A DNA stretch of 63,263 bases, counting the filler, from Octopus bimaculoides (Eukaryota): the NCBI RefSeq assembly GCF_001194135.2. It is 6 parts of 6 records of this genome, joined end to end, with 100 filler letters (N's around TTAATTAATTAA, not from the genome) between each part and the next. Parts side by side here need not be neighbours in the genome. Positions count along the whole stretch, not along the records: positions 23,878 to 37,748 come from NC_068987.1; positions 37,849 to 49,197 come from NC_068985.1; 4 more parts are not named here. One strand, written 5' to 3'. Below, in pieces: positions 24,815 to 38,619 of the stretch. The position numbers were made by a program, and so were the translations under genes. Within the stretch, counting starts at the first letter, position 1. Every line of letters starts with the position of its first letter. The notes below the pieces were generated by a model. It made no database searches. It saw nothing but the letters and a program-made list of their open reading frames with translations, and was not told the origin of the DNA.

Positions 24815-26945
24815 CTAGAGAAAAGTTGTTTATGTGCTTGTAGAAAAGCTAAAACTCTCTCACTCCGAAAATTAAGTAATTTGCACCTGGACGATAATTT
24901 TAAATAAATCTCTTCTGTACAAAGATGACACATCCTGATATTCGAAAGATAAGATTTCGCATGGCTTAGAATTTCCATTTAATTTTAAAACTTTTATTAC
25001 TATCTTTTAAATTCCAAATGAATTTACCAAGACTCATGTTGTTAATTTTAAGACGGTTACTAAAGCTATTCTCGTGATTAGCAATTCTTCGCTTCATAAA
25101 GAATTCAGTCGATCCGATATAGAAATGAGTCATACCTTCAGATTCCACAATAGACTGGTATACCAGTTTTCTCCGTTTACAGATATAATTACATTTGCTG
25201 TTTGCCTTGAATTTTCAATCCCAAAACTTATTTTCATCTGCTTAACCTTTACTAAAATAAGGGATTTGTACTATTTAAACTAAGGTTTCTACCGTTTCTT
25301 ATGGCGGATTTATTAAATTGAAGAACTATCAATTTTACGATTCTTGTAAAAATAATCTAATTTATAATTATTAATTCAAGATATTATTATGAAACAAGTT
25401 TTTAGATACATAGAAACCAAATCTAATAAATTTTTTTGCTAGTAGTTACACTGTAATAATTTCACCCTGTTAGTAAAGTGTTTGCTTATTAATCTCCGCA
25501 AAATTCTAATTTAGTCTTTGTTTGTTTTTCAAAAGGAATAATTAACCAAATAGTATTTTCCTTTATATCATTAGGGGTATAGTATTTCCCAGAATTTGTT
25601 TTTGTGGATTTTACACAAAGTATATATTTCTTAGTCTCGTTCATCTGTGTACAATAGTTTCCATTATTATTAACAGATTTCAAATCATTGTAGTAGTCAT
25701 TAATTGTATTATTGTAATATTCCTTATTTCTATCATAACTAGTGGATTCGCGGTTAGACTTTAATGTAAGATATATCTCGGTTTTTCTCGTTGTAATCAT
25801 TATTAAATTGCTGACGTGGATTTTTGTTAAATTTAGTATTTTGTTTAAATTTATCCATATTTACTATTCTGCTTAGGTTATGATTATCCGTATTTACGAC
25901 ATTTATATTCTGTTTGCAATAACTGTATTTATATTTTGTTTCTATATTTACATGTATATTTTTTTTACTAGTATTAATATCTATTATATTTTATATTTTA
26001 ATTTTAGCCAGTTCATTATGTTATTTCGTGTAGTTAAATTTTCCTACTTTTAGATCATAAAACATATTATTAACCATAGGTCGAATGTATTTAACTTTAT
26101 GTTTATACCCTGCCTTAACAAGCGCATTATTATAGAAGTCCCTATTTTCATTTAAAATTTCCTCATTGTATGTGAGGTAATTTATCCTTTTTTTTCTGTC
26201 TTTGGAACTAAACAATTAAATATTGACATAGGATGATTACTTTTAAACTTAACGTAAGTTAATTTAAAGTTTGGTTTATAATACTGCCCATATCTACCGT
26301 TTTTTAGGTTAAAATTAACATCTAAATGATAAACGAAACTATTATCTTTTTCTATAGAAATAGATAGTCTTGAAAAACCGATGGAATGTTTTCTTATATA
26401 TTTCAAGTTTCCTATTAGTTGGATTTTGATATTTGACGTCAAAATGTGCGCCTACCTTATGCAGACTACACCTTATTTCTGGAAATTCATTATTAAAGTT
26501 GAATGAAATATATATTCCAACGAGGTCCGACGCCTGCACGGAATCCGTCGAAACTATAGCAATGTCAAAACAGTCACATGTGTCTTTTCTAGTCCAAAAT
26601 TTATTATGAAAGCTAATAATTGATCTTCTAGCTGCTAGTATGAGATTTATTTCATTCATACTTAAGTTTGTATTATTCTTGGCAAACATAAGTGCGCTGT
26701 CAAGCGCTGTTGAGTAAATACATGAATAAACGTCTTTAATATCAACCTAGAAAAATTTAAATTTATCTTTGTTTTCAAAATGGTTGAACCAGCTAATTGC
26801 CTCTTGAGTACTTGATCAAAGTTCAAATTCAATCTTATTTTGCGATACAATTATATATTTATCAATAACAAATTTACTCAATTTACCTATGTGTAATTTT
26901 CCTGGACAAATTAATCTCGCGTAAGCGTCAGATTCAAAGTCACCA
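24815..26945 (-). mobile_element. Decayed Penelope-like retroelement (Neptune-type RT + GIY-YIG endonuclease)
   Basis: Collinear frameshifted motifs: RLICPGKLHIGKLSKFVID; FDIA..DSVQASDLVGIY; LDVNFNLKNGRY..YKPN...KSNHP; NEEILNENRDFYNNALVKAGY; ENTIWLIIPF; LVYQSIV..FYIGSTE..KRRIANHENSF..LGKFIWNLK; CHLCTEE..LLNFRSE. Confidence 0.9.
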
Positions 26946-27699
26946 TATATATATATATATATATATATACAAACACACTCACACGTATTTATAAGCCATG
27001 ACTCAGTTTTTGGTGTCAGGTTCACATTCATGAGATAGTGAAATTTCCGGACTGGGCTCTATTGTGATTTCGAACACGTTCACTCAGCTGTAGAAATGAG
27101 TTGCAATGTCATTGGTGCCTAGCTGCATAGGCCTATCTATTTCACTTGGAAAACATTCCTGGCATGGAGAGGAGAGGCTGATATGTATGGGCGACTGCTA
27201 GTCTTCACCTGATCAATCTACTTTGATTAATGTCGCTGCATTGCCTCAGGTTCTCCCATATGGTTGACGGTTTGTGGCGATCACATTTTGTAGCCGTAAC
27301 CCAGACGACGAAGAACGAATGTTATGCATAGGAACAGAAGAGTATCCTTATTTCTGCAACTGAATGATCACATCTAGCCAGTTACACGTCTTCGATATAT
27401 GTATGTAATCTTGTATCTTGACGCGTGTGCCTTCTCGTACATACATACATACACACATACATACATACATACATACATACATAAAGTTAAATTGTCTTAC
27501 ATAGTACGTTTTTTAAGTATACTTCACAATATATGAGCTGTTTTAAGAAGTAATCATTGCGAGCGAAATCGAAGAATAAGAGAAATTAAAGGAGGAACAT
27601 ATCTAGGCAATCAATACAAATTCCAAAGCAAACTTTAAAGCACACAATGAAATAAATAAACATATAAATTTATATAAATAAGTGAATAACATTACCTGT

Positions 27700-28480
27700 A
27701 AATTATATGGTACCGAATGGAGAAGTGACAAATAAAGAGTTAAAAACCAAGGTACGAGCTTCCCAAAGGAACTCTTCCAATCGATTAAGAATTTGATGTT
27801 TATATGAACTGTCGGATGAGAGTTCAAAATTTTAAAATTTAGGGGTAGATAAATTTGGTAAATATTAGTAGATAAAATAAATATACAAAATTCGGAAAAG
27901 GATATCTTCTACGGCCGTTTCAGGTTACAGTAAATGTATCAATGGCGTTTTATGTGTTTATAGACAACGTTGTAGCGGCGGCATGAGCCTGCAAGTGGAT
28001 AGGAGCAAGGGACCCTACAATTACATAGTTTATTGGATGTTACGTTTGTCTCAGTTTTCTTTTTTTATTCTTATTCTCATCCGTATGATTATTAATACTA
28101 TTACTCATATTGGTACCCTTATATTTGTCGTCACTAATAACAAGTTTAGACTTAGGTTTGGTAACTGATTTCAAAATTATATTTTTATTTTTATAGTTAT
28201 TATCCTTAGCCATACACTTAATTCGGTTTCCATCCAATCCAGTACACAAGATATTGTTATTAGCTAGAGTATTATGTCTATCAGTAACACGTTTAAAATT
28301 CTCCTATTTATTGAGGTTATTATAATTACTAAATTCAGCATTACAGAATATAAAAATGTTACAGAGTATTCGTTGATTGTAGTATAATATTTAAGGTGCT
28401 TAGGGAAATTTGATTCTAGAATTTTGAAGAAAGGTGTAGGCAAATTTCTAACCCTGCGTGAAAATATTGTTGTTGCAAAA
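27700..28480 (-). mobile_element. Second Penelope-like fragment (RT-EN linker and start of GIY-YIG)
   Basis: NLPTPFFKILESNFPKHLK..LYSVMLNL..ITSINRRIL at about 28280-28450, and CNCRVPCSYPLAGSCRRYNVVYK at about 27960-28030. Both match Neptune-type PLE motifs. Confidence 0.8.
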
Positions 28481-29523
28481 CTGTCGCATGTGAAACTTCG
28501 TACACTTTTGAAAAATACTAAACCATTCAATGCTAAAACATAGACTTTGACAGTTTTCATGTTTTGTCATCTGAAGCAGCTGGAGATAAGACAGTTTGAC
28601 CAAAAGAACCGGCTAATGCAAGCAAAATTAAATATTGAAAAACAAAACCGCATTTGGCCAAATTGGGACATAAAATTTAACATACTAGCAACGATATTTA
28701 TATAATAGCAACGGTGTATATATATATATATATATATATNNNNNNNNNNNNNNNNNNNNNNNNNNNNNNNNNNNNNNNNNNNNNNNNNNNNNNNNNNNNN
28801 NNNNNNNNNNNNNNNNNNNNNNNNNNNNNNNNNNNNNNNNNNNNNNNNNNNNNNNNNNNNNNNNNNNNNNNNNNNNNNNNNNNNNNNNNNNNNNNNNNNN
28901 NNNNNNNNNNNNNNNNNNNNNNNNNNNNNNNNNNNNNNNNNNNNNNNNNNNNNNNNNNNNNNNNNNNNNNNNNNNNNNNNNNNNNNNNNNNNNNNNNNNN
29001 NNNNNNNNNNNNNNNNNNNNNNNNNNNNNNNNNNNNNNNNNNNNNNNNNNNNNNNNNNNNNNNNNNNNNNNNNNNNNNNNNNNNNNNNNNNNNNNNNNNN
29101 NNNNNNNNNNNNNNNNNNNNNNNNNNNNNNNNNNNNNNNNNNNNNNNNNNNNNNNNNNNNNNNNNNNNNNNNNNNNNNNNNNNNNNNNNNNNNNNNNNNN
29201 NNNNNNNNNNNNNNNNNNNNNNNNNNNNNNNNNNNNNNNNNNNNNNNNNNNNNNNNNNNNNNNNNNNNNNNNNNNNNNNNNNNNNNNNNNNNNNNNNNNN
29301 NNNNNNNNNNNNNNNNNNNNNNNNNNNNNNNNNNNNNNNNNNNNNNNNNNNNNNNNNNNNNNNNNNNNNNNNNNNNNNNNNNNNNNNNNNNNNNNNNNNN
29401 NNNNNNNNNNNNNNNNNNNNNNNNNNNNNNNNNNNNNNNNNNNNNNNNNNNNNNNNNNNNNNNNNNNNNNNNNNNNNNNNNNNNNNNNNNNNNNNNNNNN
29501 NNNNNNNNNNNNNNNNNNNNTTT

Positions 29524-29555
<32 letters not shown>

Positions 29556-30346
29556 CTATATATATGTAGTAATAAGATATACACATTTCTGTTAAGATAT
29601 AACAGTGTAAAAGTTCCGTTACTTAAGATATAGACAGATTTATATATTATTTCAAAAATATTATTTCAGTATAAGACCACTTTAGTAGGACGCATATGTA
29701 GTAATTCTAATGTATATGAATATCATCAGTTTTTTGGGTATATAGTTACATACGCGCACAAACAGATAACCATACACATATATATGCAATCGTATTTAAG
29801 TATTGGTGTGTCTAGACCTAAGTGTTTCAAAATATGAATGAATATATGTCTACTTGTGTTATAGTAAAACGTAATAATCCTTGTCCATTCGTTTTGTTTT
29901 ACATACTTGTACATAGTATTGCTCCTTATGTGATTTTTTAAAACAGAAATTTCATTCCGAAAGAGCTTCTGTCTGGTATAAATAAATATAAATACATAAA
30001 TATTTGTGTGTGTGGGAGCGCCTTTGTAAATAGATATGAAGTTGAAATTTATAGTGAAAAAAAAAAGACTAAGACAGGTGTATGAACAACAAGCAAGTGT
30101 ATTAGTTTGACGCTTGGGAAAATGAAAAAGTATTTTACGTTTCGAGCCTACGCTCTTCAACAGAAAGGAATAAGAGAAAACAAACAGAGAGGGAATGAAA
30201 AAAAAAATGTAGATCAGCGTTCCAGCATGGCAAATGGACCGCTGAAATCTAGAAGTTATGTTCATTCTCTCTCCCTCTGTTTATTATTATCCCCAGCCTT
30301 ATTATTGTTCTTATTTTATGTACCGTGTGAAGAATANNNNNNNNNN

Positions 30347-30392
<46 letters not shown>

Positions 30393-30413
30393 ACGCAATA
30401 CATATACAAACAA

Positions 30414-30453
<40 letters not shown>

Positions 30454-31162
30454 ATCTCTGTATACAGTTATTAGTTCGTAGGTATTATAATTAATCTAAC
30501 GTGAGATAATCATTCTATAATACATTTGGTATTATCCACACGGAACTAACGGTGCTGCTTTCCATATTATTTGATTATAACCAACACAATTGAAACAATT
30601 GTAAATCGTGGCTTGAAAGTATTAACAACAACATTCTTCACACTCAAACACACGCTCATTCACAAGCACGTTCATTCACACACGTGTGCTTATAAATGTG
30701 TGCGCGTGTGTCTGTATTTATATATGTTGTCATATCTTCCTTTTGTTCTTGCAACTTCCGATACTTTTTGGCCAATTTCGATACAAAAAAGAAAAATTAA
30801 ATTCATTTAAAAAACGGAATATTACCAAATTTTTATATACTCTTCCTGTTTTGTTCTACAAATTAGATTTGTGAAAATTTCTTTCAAATATATTGTTAGA
30901 CGTATGGGTATGTTGGCGTAAATTAAACGAGAGAAACTTGTTCATATATACAGAAAAAAAGGAATGTTGCGTAATATTTTCTTTAGATATGTTTAAAGGA
31001 AGGTGCGAGAAAAATTGATTATCGAGAACGCGGTCAATATTATAGAATGTTTCCCAAACGGACGATAATCAAATATAACACCCACTCTCAGAAAGATGCG
31101 TACGCGTTTGTGTGTGGGAGGATGTGTTTGTGCGCATGCGTGTGTGTCGTTGTGTGTAGTAA

Positions 31163-31734
31163 TTCTTCTATTCTTTTACTTGTTTCAGTCATTTGACTGC
31201 GGCCATGCTGGAACACCGCCTTTAGTCGAACAGATCAACCCCAGGATTTATTGTTTGTAAACCTACTACTTATTCTATCGGTATCTTTTGCCGAACCGCT
31301 AAGTTACGGATTTGTAAACAAACTNNNNNNNNNNNNNNNNNNNNNNNNNNNNNNNNNNNNNNNNNNNNNNNNNNNNNNNNNNNNNNNNNNNNNNNNNNNN
31401 NNNNNNNNNNNNNNNNNNNNNNNNNNNNNNNNNNNNNNNNNNNNNNNNNNNNNNNNNNNNNNNNNNNNNNNNNNNNNNNNNNNNNNNNNNNNNNNNNNNN
31501 NNNNNNNNNNNNNNNNNNNNNNNNNNNNNNNNNNNNNNNNNNNNNNNNTTATATATATATATATACATATATTACGGGCTTCTTTCAGTTTCCGCCTATC
31601 AAATCTACTCACAAGGCTTTGGTCGGCCCGAAGCTACAGCAGGAGACATTTGCCTAAGGTGCCACACGGTGGGACTGAACCCAGTACCATGCGGTTGGGA
31701 GGCAAGCTTCTTACCACACACACATTCCTGCGCC
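31163..31734 (-). mobile_element. SINE family A, full length, with the N gap at its internal microsatellite
   Basis: Both halves flank the gap at 31325-31548. Confidence 0.88.
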
Positions 31735-31909
31735 TGTAATATATACATTTCTGTAAAAACTATACAGATTATGCCTTACGTCCAGCTTCGTTGCTATTGT
31801 TGTTTAGAACCACATGGAGCTGATCTGTAACCAAAAGCATTCTTAGTTTGACTAACCACAGATATTCTCCAATACAATACATCTAGTAGTACATATTCCT
31901 ACATGTTGA

Positions 31910-32122
31910 GGCGACGAGATGGCAGAATCGTTAGTGTAGTGGGCAAGTGCTTAGCGGCATTTCGCCCGTCTTTACGTTCTGGGTTAGGATCCTACCGAGG
32001 GCCGAATTTTCGTTCCATCGTTTCGGAGTCGATGAAATAAGTAATAGTTGAGCACCGGGTTCGATTGTGTAATAGTCTTAACTCCTCCCTAGAATTGCTG
32101 GCCTTGTACCAAAATTTGTAAC
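31910..32122 (+). mobile_element. SINE family B
   Basis: Full-length match. Confidence 0.85.
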
Positions 32123-33059
32123 GAATATATCATCCAACATGTTCTTTCCGTTCAAGATGTACAGAACAACCACGGACAACGGTGTATTTTGAATGAATTT
32201 ACATCGGAGTCGAAGAAAAATTTTCAGTTATGCACTCAATTAAAAAAACCCTAGTACCCTGACTGGTTCTATTCCATCTCAATCACAGATGTTTTAATTA
32301 TTTTATTTTTGTAACTAAACAGTTTGAAACTTCGAATACTGGTACAATTTCTCACGTAGAACACGGTTTACTCTGAACGTTTTTAACAAAATTTGGTATT
32401 TTAGAAGTTATTTCGTGTTAAAGTTGTTGTATTTGGGTAATTTCAGCCAATCAGCGACGTGTATTCGGTTGAAGAAAGCTACTACTGTTTGCGACAGTAA
32501 TCGAAGAGGAACAACTTCCGGATAATCTTTTGCTGAATACATAGCGTAATACGAAATTTAATAAATGAAAAAGGAACAAGCAAGAATGAAATGAACATCA
32601 TTAGCTAACAGCTCTTTCTGCTATAACATGCACTCTTAGATCTGAGTGCTTCTGAACAAACGCACCCGCCGTGTATGTTTTCCTGGTTTCATTGCTCCTT
32701 CCCCAACATTTATCATAGAATATTATTTTGCTATATCTTCAGGGGTGAAAAAATAAACCTGCGGATGTTTTATATGTGTTTATGGATTCATTATAGCAGA
32801 CTGAAGATATTATGCTCAGGTCATATAAATTTGATATTCACTTAATAATTACTGAGTATTAATTGAAACAGCTGTAAGGGATGATGATTAATTTGCTTTT
32901 AATAACAAACAATTATTAATTTCCCAATCGCCATTTTCTTTTTCTTCTTTTATATGAATATAAACTATGTTTAAATATACATATATAGAATTACCATTTT
33001 AAGGAAATTAATTCCCCCCAAATACTAGGTATTGAACCAGTATTTCCTTNNNNNNNNNN

Positions 33060-33129
<70 letters not shown>

Positions 33130-34326
33130 GTGCGTGTGTGTGTGTTTGTGTTTATGTATGTATATATGTATACGATTATGTATATATCTATACATATAGA
33201 GAATATATTGTATGATATAGTATAACACATTATACTATATTATATAGAAGGTGAGACAGAGAAAGTAAAATGAGACAGAGAAACTGCTATTAATATCACT
33301 TGAACGGAGGAATCCGTATTCATCATCCACCATTGGATATTTTTCCCAACGTTTAAGAGTAATGTACAATTCTGATTTCAAATCACTGCAGTTGAATAAT
33401 CGCTGTTGACCAGATAGTTATTACTGTAGTCTTAGAAGGCACACTGACTAAATGATTGAAAGAATAGCTGGATTACTTGTTAACACTGCAGGACTCACAT
33501 TAATTCTGTATCTGCAAAGTTCATTTTCTCCCTCTTATTGCATGGCAAACCGATCTACAACATTCAATTACATATTCTATTTTACATTTTAGAACGTCAT
33601 ATAACTACAGTTTGTTAATATATATTTGGTTATAGAATGCATACCTCCAAGCATATTATTGTAACTAGATCCATCAATGTCATGAAGACAATAGTCATTT
33701 ATTGACATTAATTTTCCTTTTTTGCTTTTGTTAACATATCCTATTACAGAAACATTAATTCCGCAGAGGATCGTATTAGTCTATGGAAAAAAAAAGAAAC
33801 ATTCCCTTTTTTTTTGTCCTCTGGAACATAATGAATATTTAATTGATTCAGATGTAAGATATAGCCTTCCAACTGAAATAAACCAGTCGGTCAGAAACTA
33901 GAAACGGTCAGTAAACTAGAAAGTACGATTGATTGTATATCAATCACGGAGGTATATTTGCTTTGCGAAATACACAAATGTAGTGTTTTTGTTGCCATGT
34001 TTTCTTTTCTTTACTCTACAAAGGATCAAATCAAAAAAAGTGCGTGGTTAATAGATTTTGAGTCAAAGAGGAAATTAAATTTTTATAAATTGCCAAGGAT
34101 ATTGCCGTTTTCTAACTCTGTATTGAAAAGGAATTACTTTTAAGCTTATCTAAGCATTAATACATACACAAGAGATATCACTAAAATCCATCTATCTATC
34201 TCTCTATCTCTATTCCTATATACGAATACATGCACATGTACATACACACACAAGCATGCGCACGCGCACACCGTCACACTCAAACACCTATATATATAAT
34301 AACATACATATGTGTGTGTCTGTGCG

Positions 34327-34357
<31 letters not shown>

Positions 34358-34468
34358 GAGAGAGACAGCCACAGAGAGACAGTGAGCAAAAGAGTTCGTG
34401 AGAGAGAGAGAGAGAGATGTTGATATAGCAAACACAAGCACACAAACAGATGTTCATCTATGTGTGTG

Positions 34469-34500
<32 letters not shown>

Positions 34501-35634
34501 NNNNNNNNNNNNNNNNNNNNNNNNNNNNNNNNNNNNNNNNNNNNNNNNNNNNNNNNNNNNNNNNNNNNNNNNNNNNNNNNNNNNNNNNNNNNNNNNNNNN
34601 NNNNNNNNNNNNNNNNNNNNNNNNNNNNNNNNNNNNNNNNNNNNNNNNNNNNNNNNNNNNNNNNNNNNNNNNNNNNNNNNNNNNNNNNNNNNNNNNNNNN
34701 NNNNNNNNNNNNNNNNNNNNNNNNNNNNNNNNNNNNNNNNNNNNNNNNNNNNNNNNNNNNNNNNNNNNNNNNNNNNNNNNNNNNNNNNNNNNNNNNNNNN
34801 NNNNNNNNNNNNNNNNNNNNNNNNNNNNNNNNNNNNNNNNNNNNNNNNNNNNNNNNNNNNNNNNNNNNNNNNNNNNNNNNNNNNNNNNNNNNNNNNNNNN
34901 NNNNNNNNNNNNNNNNNNNNNNNNNNNNNNNNNNNNNNNNNNNNNNNNNNNNNNNNNNNNNNNNNNNNNNNNNNNNNNNNNNNNNNNNNNNNNNNNNNNN
35001 NNNNNNNNNNNNNNNNNNNNNNNNNNNNNNNNNNNNNNNNNNNNNNNNNNNNNNNNNNNNNNNNNNNNNNNNNNNNNNNNNNNNNNNNNNNNNNNNNNNN
35101 NNNNNNNNNNNNNNNNNNNNNNNNNNNNNNTATATACACACATAGGCACACACACAAACACAGGCACACATACATACACGGACACACACACACACACATA
35201 TATGTATATATGTATGTATGTATGTATGTACCGCACATGCACACATATGCTTATTGGGTACGAAAGACTAGTGTATGTGTTGTGCTCCAGTGTCTGTAAT
35301 ATTATCAAATAGTAAGACGCATTCATTCTCATAGAAAATTCAGTGTCGGGTTCATCTCTCTGATTTTTACCCTATAGAAGCCTGATGTATATGTTATTGT
35401 CAGTAGAAAATTTCCAGTTATGTTCAAAGTTTCTTTTTCTTTAAACATAGTACTTCAAGCTCACCATACGTCATATGTAGTATCACCTAAAATTATAATG
35501 AAATCAACATAATTATACAAAGCTAAGACGGTTTGAAATATGTTTGAAAGATATTTGAACTTGTAATAACTTTTCGGAGTACTTTCATAAGATGTTAAAT
35601 CATTCTATTCACCTCAGGGTGCTCACCAGCGGAT

Positions 35635-35675
35635 TGATGAATGCATTTCAACCTCGTGACTATTCTTCAGCACCA
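35635..35675 (-). ncRNA. Minimal type I hammerhead candidate with palindromic stem III
   Basis: UGGUG CUGAAGA AU AGUC ACGA GGUU GAAA UGCAU U CAUCA; stem III palindrome is AUGCAU. Confidence 0.45.
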
Positions 35676-37299
35676 GACACCAAGACAGGCAACTCTGAAC
35701 TAGCAACAACGCTTTGCTTCCTTTATCGTAGATCAGTTAATATGTTTTTCGATATTTATTATATTTACTCTATTTATCTATATCTACTATATTTACTATA
35801 ATTCTACACACATACACACACACGCATATATATATATATATATATATTCGTATTTCCTATATTTACTATGCTTATTTATTATGTTTACGTTATACATACA
35901 CTGCTGTTTGTATTCTGATAATTAATATCGTAGTAACTTATAAAACACTTGAGTCTCTCCTCTTTCTTCCTTCTGTCTCATGAAACAAAATATGACAGTT
36001 TTAAAAGACAAGAAAAGTCAATACAAATCATTAATTATTGATACATCTTGTGTGCTTTATATTTACTTGAAATGCCTTATTAGATTATATGGTTTCGTTG
36101 TTAGAAGTGAAAACGGAACAAACCAAATTGTCTTGATGCTGTCATTCCGTTGTTTACCTCCATATCATCTCCGATCGCGTAGTTTCATGAGAAGAAACTT
36201 TCCAGTCAGGACATATCAGGTTTTCTGCATATCTATGACTAAGCTCGCTTTCAATAGGTACTACCCTTGATTATAACGGGGTATGATTTAATTTGAAGGA
36301 GATTTTAGCTACCATGTGTAGCCAGTTGAATAAACCTGTACGGCTTCCACGCTGGTTGTAAACGCATGATTTCAATCTAGTGACCAAGTGACAATTTTAC
36401 TGCATCGTGAGATCTATTTTGCTCTTGTCTGTTTCCTGATTTAAACGAGTCCTTTTTTTTAAAACTCCTACACTCTTATAGTTACAAACTACGAGACTAC
36501 GTACCCTCATTGCTTTTCTCTGCAGTGGAAATATAGTAATTTCATTTCATTTATCTAATAAATTTCTACTTATGTCTTTTTTTAGGCAGCCATTATCACA
36601 ATGTCAGGAGACGAAAATATTCAAATTTAGCGACCAGCGCTATAATTACATTTCGTTCTTATTCACTTTGGAGAAGAGGGAATTCAAAGATATAGTGATA
36701 ATGAACCGAAGTTTTAATGTATAATGAGTATAAGACTTGTTATTCCGTTAGTCTTAACCCTGCTTTTTCTTGCGTCTGCTAACACATTACCTGTGACAAA
36801 TACATTTTGAATTACAGTAGAAGCAGACTACAATGTTTATATTCTAGATTATAAATATTTTAAAAATTGTTGTTGTTTCTTAGTTAGCCCATGCGTCAGC
36901 CCTGATCGAACAGTTCTATGATACATAGAATAATCTCCAGGCCATGACCATAAATATTTATTCTTCGCGTAAATCTGCGTTCCAAGTTGTAATATTAGGA
37001 AAATGTGACTAATATTTGGCGCAGCTTAACTGTAAACGTCCAGGCTCTTAATTTTTTCCCAAGTAAGTAAGGAATTCTGCATGGTAAGGATGGAAGCAGA
37101 AAAATTGGTGGGGACATGGTGAGTGAATGATATATCAGCACCGGGTGCAGAAACTAATTTGTTTGCAGAATGGAACACGGTAAATGAAACATTAACGTGT
37201 GTACTGCATCAAAAACAAAGAACAATTTTCTTGTTACACCGGCTCCTATATTTTACAATTTATTTGAAACACACACACACATAGACTACTCACATAACT

Positions 37300-37650
37300 T
37301 AGATATATGTTTCGACCAAAGATTGGTCCAGGCCATATCTAACATGAAGGCACCACCTGATGGGATTAGCTAAATCCCCTTTAAGTCAAGTTTTGTATCA
37401 TGGTCCATTCGAGTATAGAGTTTTTGTTGAGTGAGTTGTATCCAGCTTTAGGTAATTTATCTGGTATACCTTGAAGAAATTTTTCTACATTCCGTTTAAA
37501 GATGATAAGAACCTTTTCCTCTTTCATTTGTTTTGGGATAAGGTTAAATAGGGCAGGACCTGTTGAGGAAAAGAAATTATATTGCAGTGTATTTATGTGT
37601 TGTGATCCTGAATTGGGCAGGGGACGTATGGCCCATGGTACAAGGAAATG
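37300..37650 (-). mobile_element. CR1/L2-like LINE 3' end
   Basis: Stop-free frame 37650-37381: AIRPLPNSGSQHINTLQYNFFSSTGPALFNLIPKQMKEEK..FKRNVEKFLQGIPD..GYNSLNKNSILEW. It is absent from the ORF track because there is no early start codon. Confidence 0.8.
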
Positions 37651-37748
37651 TTAATAAAAAAATTACAAGAAAGTATGTAAGTAAGTAATCAGAACGGGAC
37701 TCCAGAAAGCATATTAAGTTCAATAAAAATCATGTTTGTTTGGTAGTA

Positions 37749-37848
37749 NNNNNNNNNNNNNNNNNNNNNNNNNNNNNNNNNNNNNNNNNNNNTTAATTAA
37801 TTAANNNNNNNNNNNNNNNNNNNNNNNNNNNNNNNNNNNNNNNNNNNN
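37749..37848. other. Artificial scaffold-join spacer
   Basis: 44 N + TTAATTAATTAA (37793-37804) + 44 N. Confidence 0.95.
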
Positions 37849-37851
37849 ATA

Positions 37852-37885
37852 TACTAGCAGCTAAAACCCGGTTTTACCCAGTCTG
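37852..37885 (+). mobile_element. Possible Helitron/Helentron-like terminus
   Basis: ACTAGCAGCTAAAACCCGGTTTTACCCAG resembles ACTAG..CCCGG..CCGGG ends; motif evidence only. Confidence 0.3.
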
Positions 37886-38619
37886 TTTGGATGATGTGGC
37901 TGTGATTGTTTTCGGTTAGGTATAATCTATAACAGCATTTCTCAACCTGATCATTTCGTGTCCCGTTTCGATTGGAGCCTCAGAAAATGGCTTCAGGAGT
38001 TGTAAAGAATGGATTTGTATGTAGTCTGTTTGTGAGAGCTATTCTATTGAACGTCTGTCTAATCATTAAAATATTTATTTAATTATGAACATAGAAAGAA
38101 ATTATACATTAATCGCAATTTTTGTAAGCAGTTTTATCCATAAAAATTTTATTTGCAGAGAGCAGAAATTGAAAGATATATGAAATGGACGTGCGTGTGT
38201 GTGTGTATGTGTGGGGTGTATGTGAGAGAGAAAGCAACTGGCGTTAATGGCAGAATAACATTTGAAATGCAAATCTGTGAATGAGAAATAAGTTCAGACC
38301 TCTACATGGTAGGTAGCTCTGGTAGAAATAGCAGCCAAATCTCCCTCAAAACACCCTTCTGTATTAATGCGAGAATTCTGCATATTATGTTAAGAAGTTG
38401 ACGTTAAGAATAAGGGGCAGGGGGATGCAACAATATAGTGAGCAGGGTAGCAAGGACAGGATTAAGGAGTAGGAGATAATCATAGTGTATGAAGAGGAAA
38501 TGTGAGGAAGAGAAGAGAAACACTTTAGGAAGGGAGTGGGGGGTGTAGTTTTTTGGGGTAGGTAGTGTGAAAGTTTTATTGTGGGACACAAAGCTTCTAG
38601 AACTCAGGTTCGCTGACAT

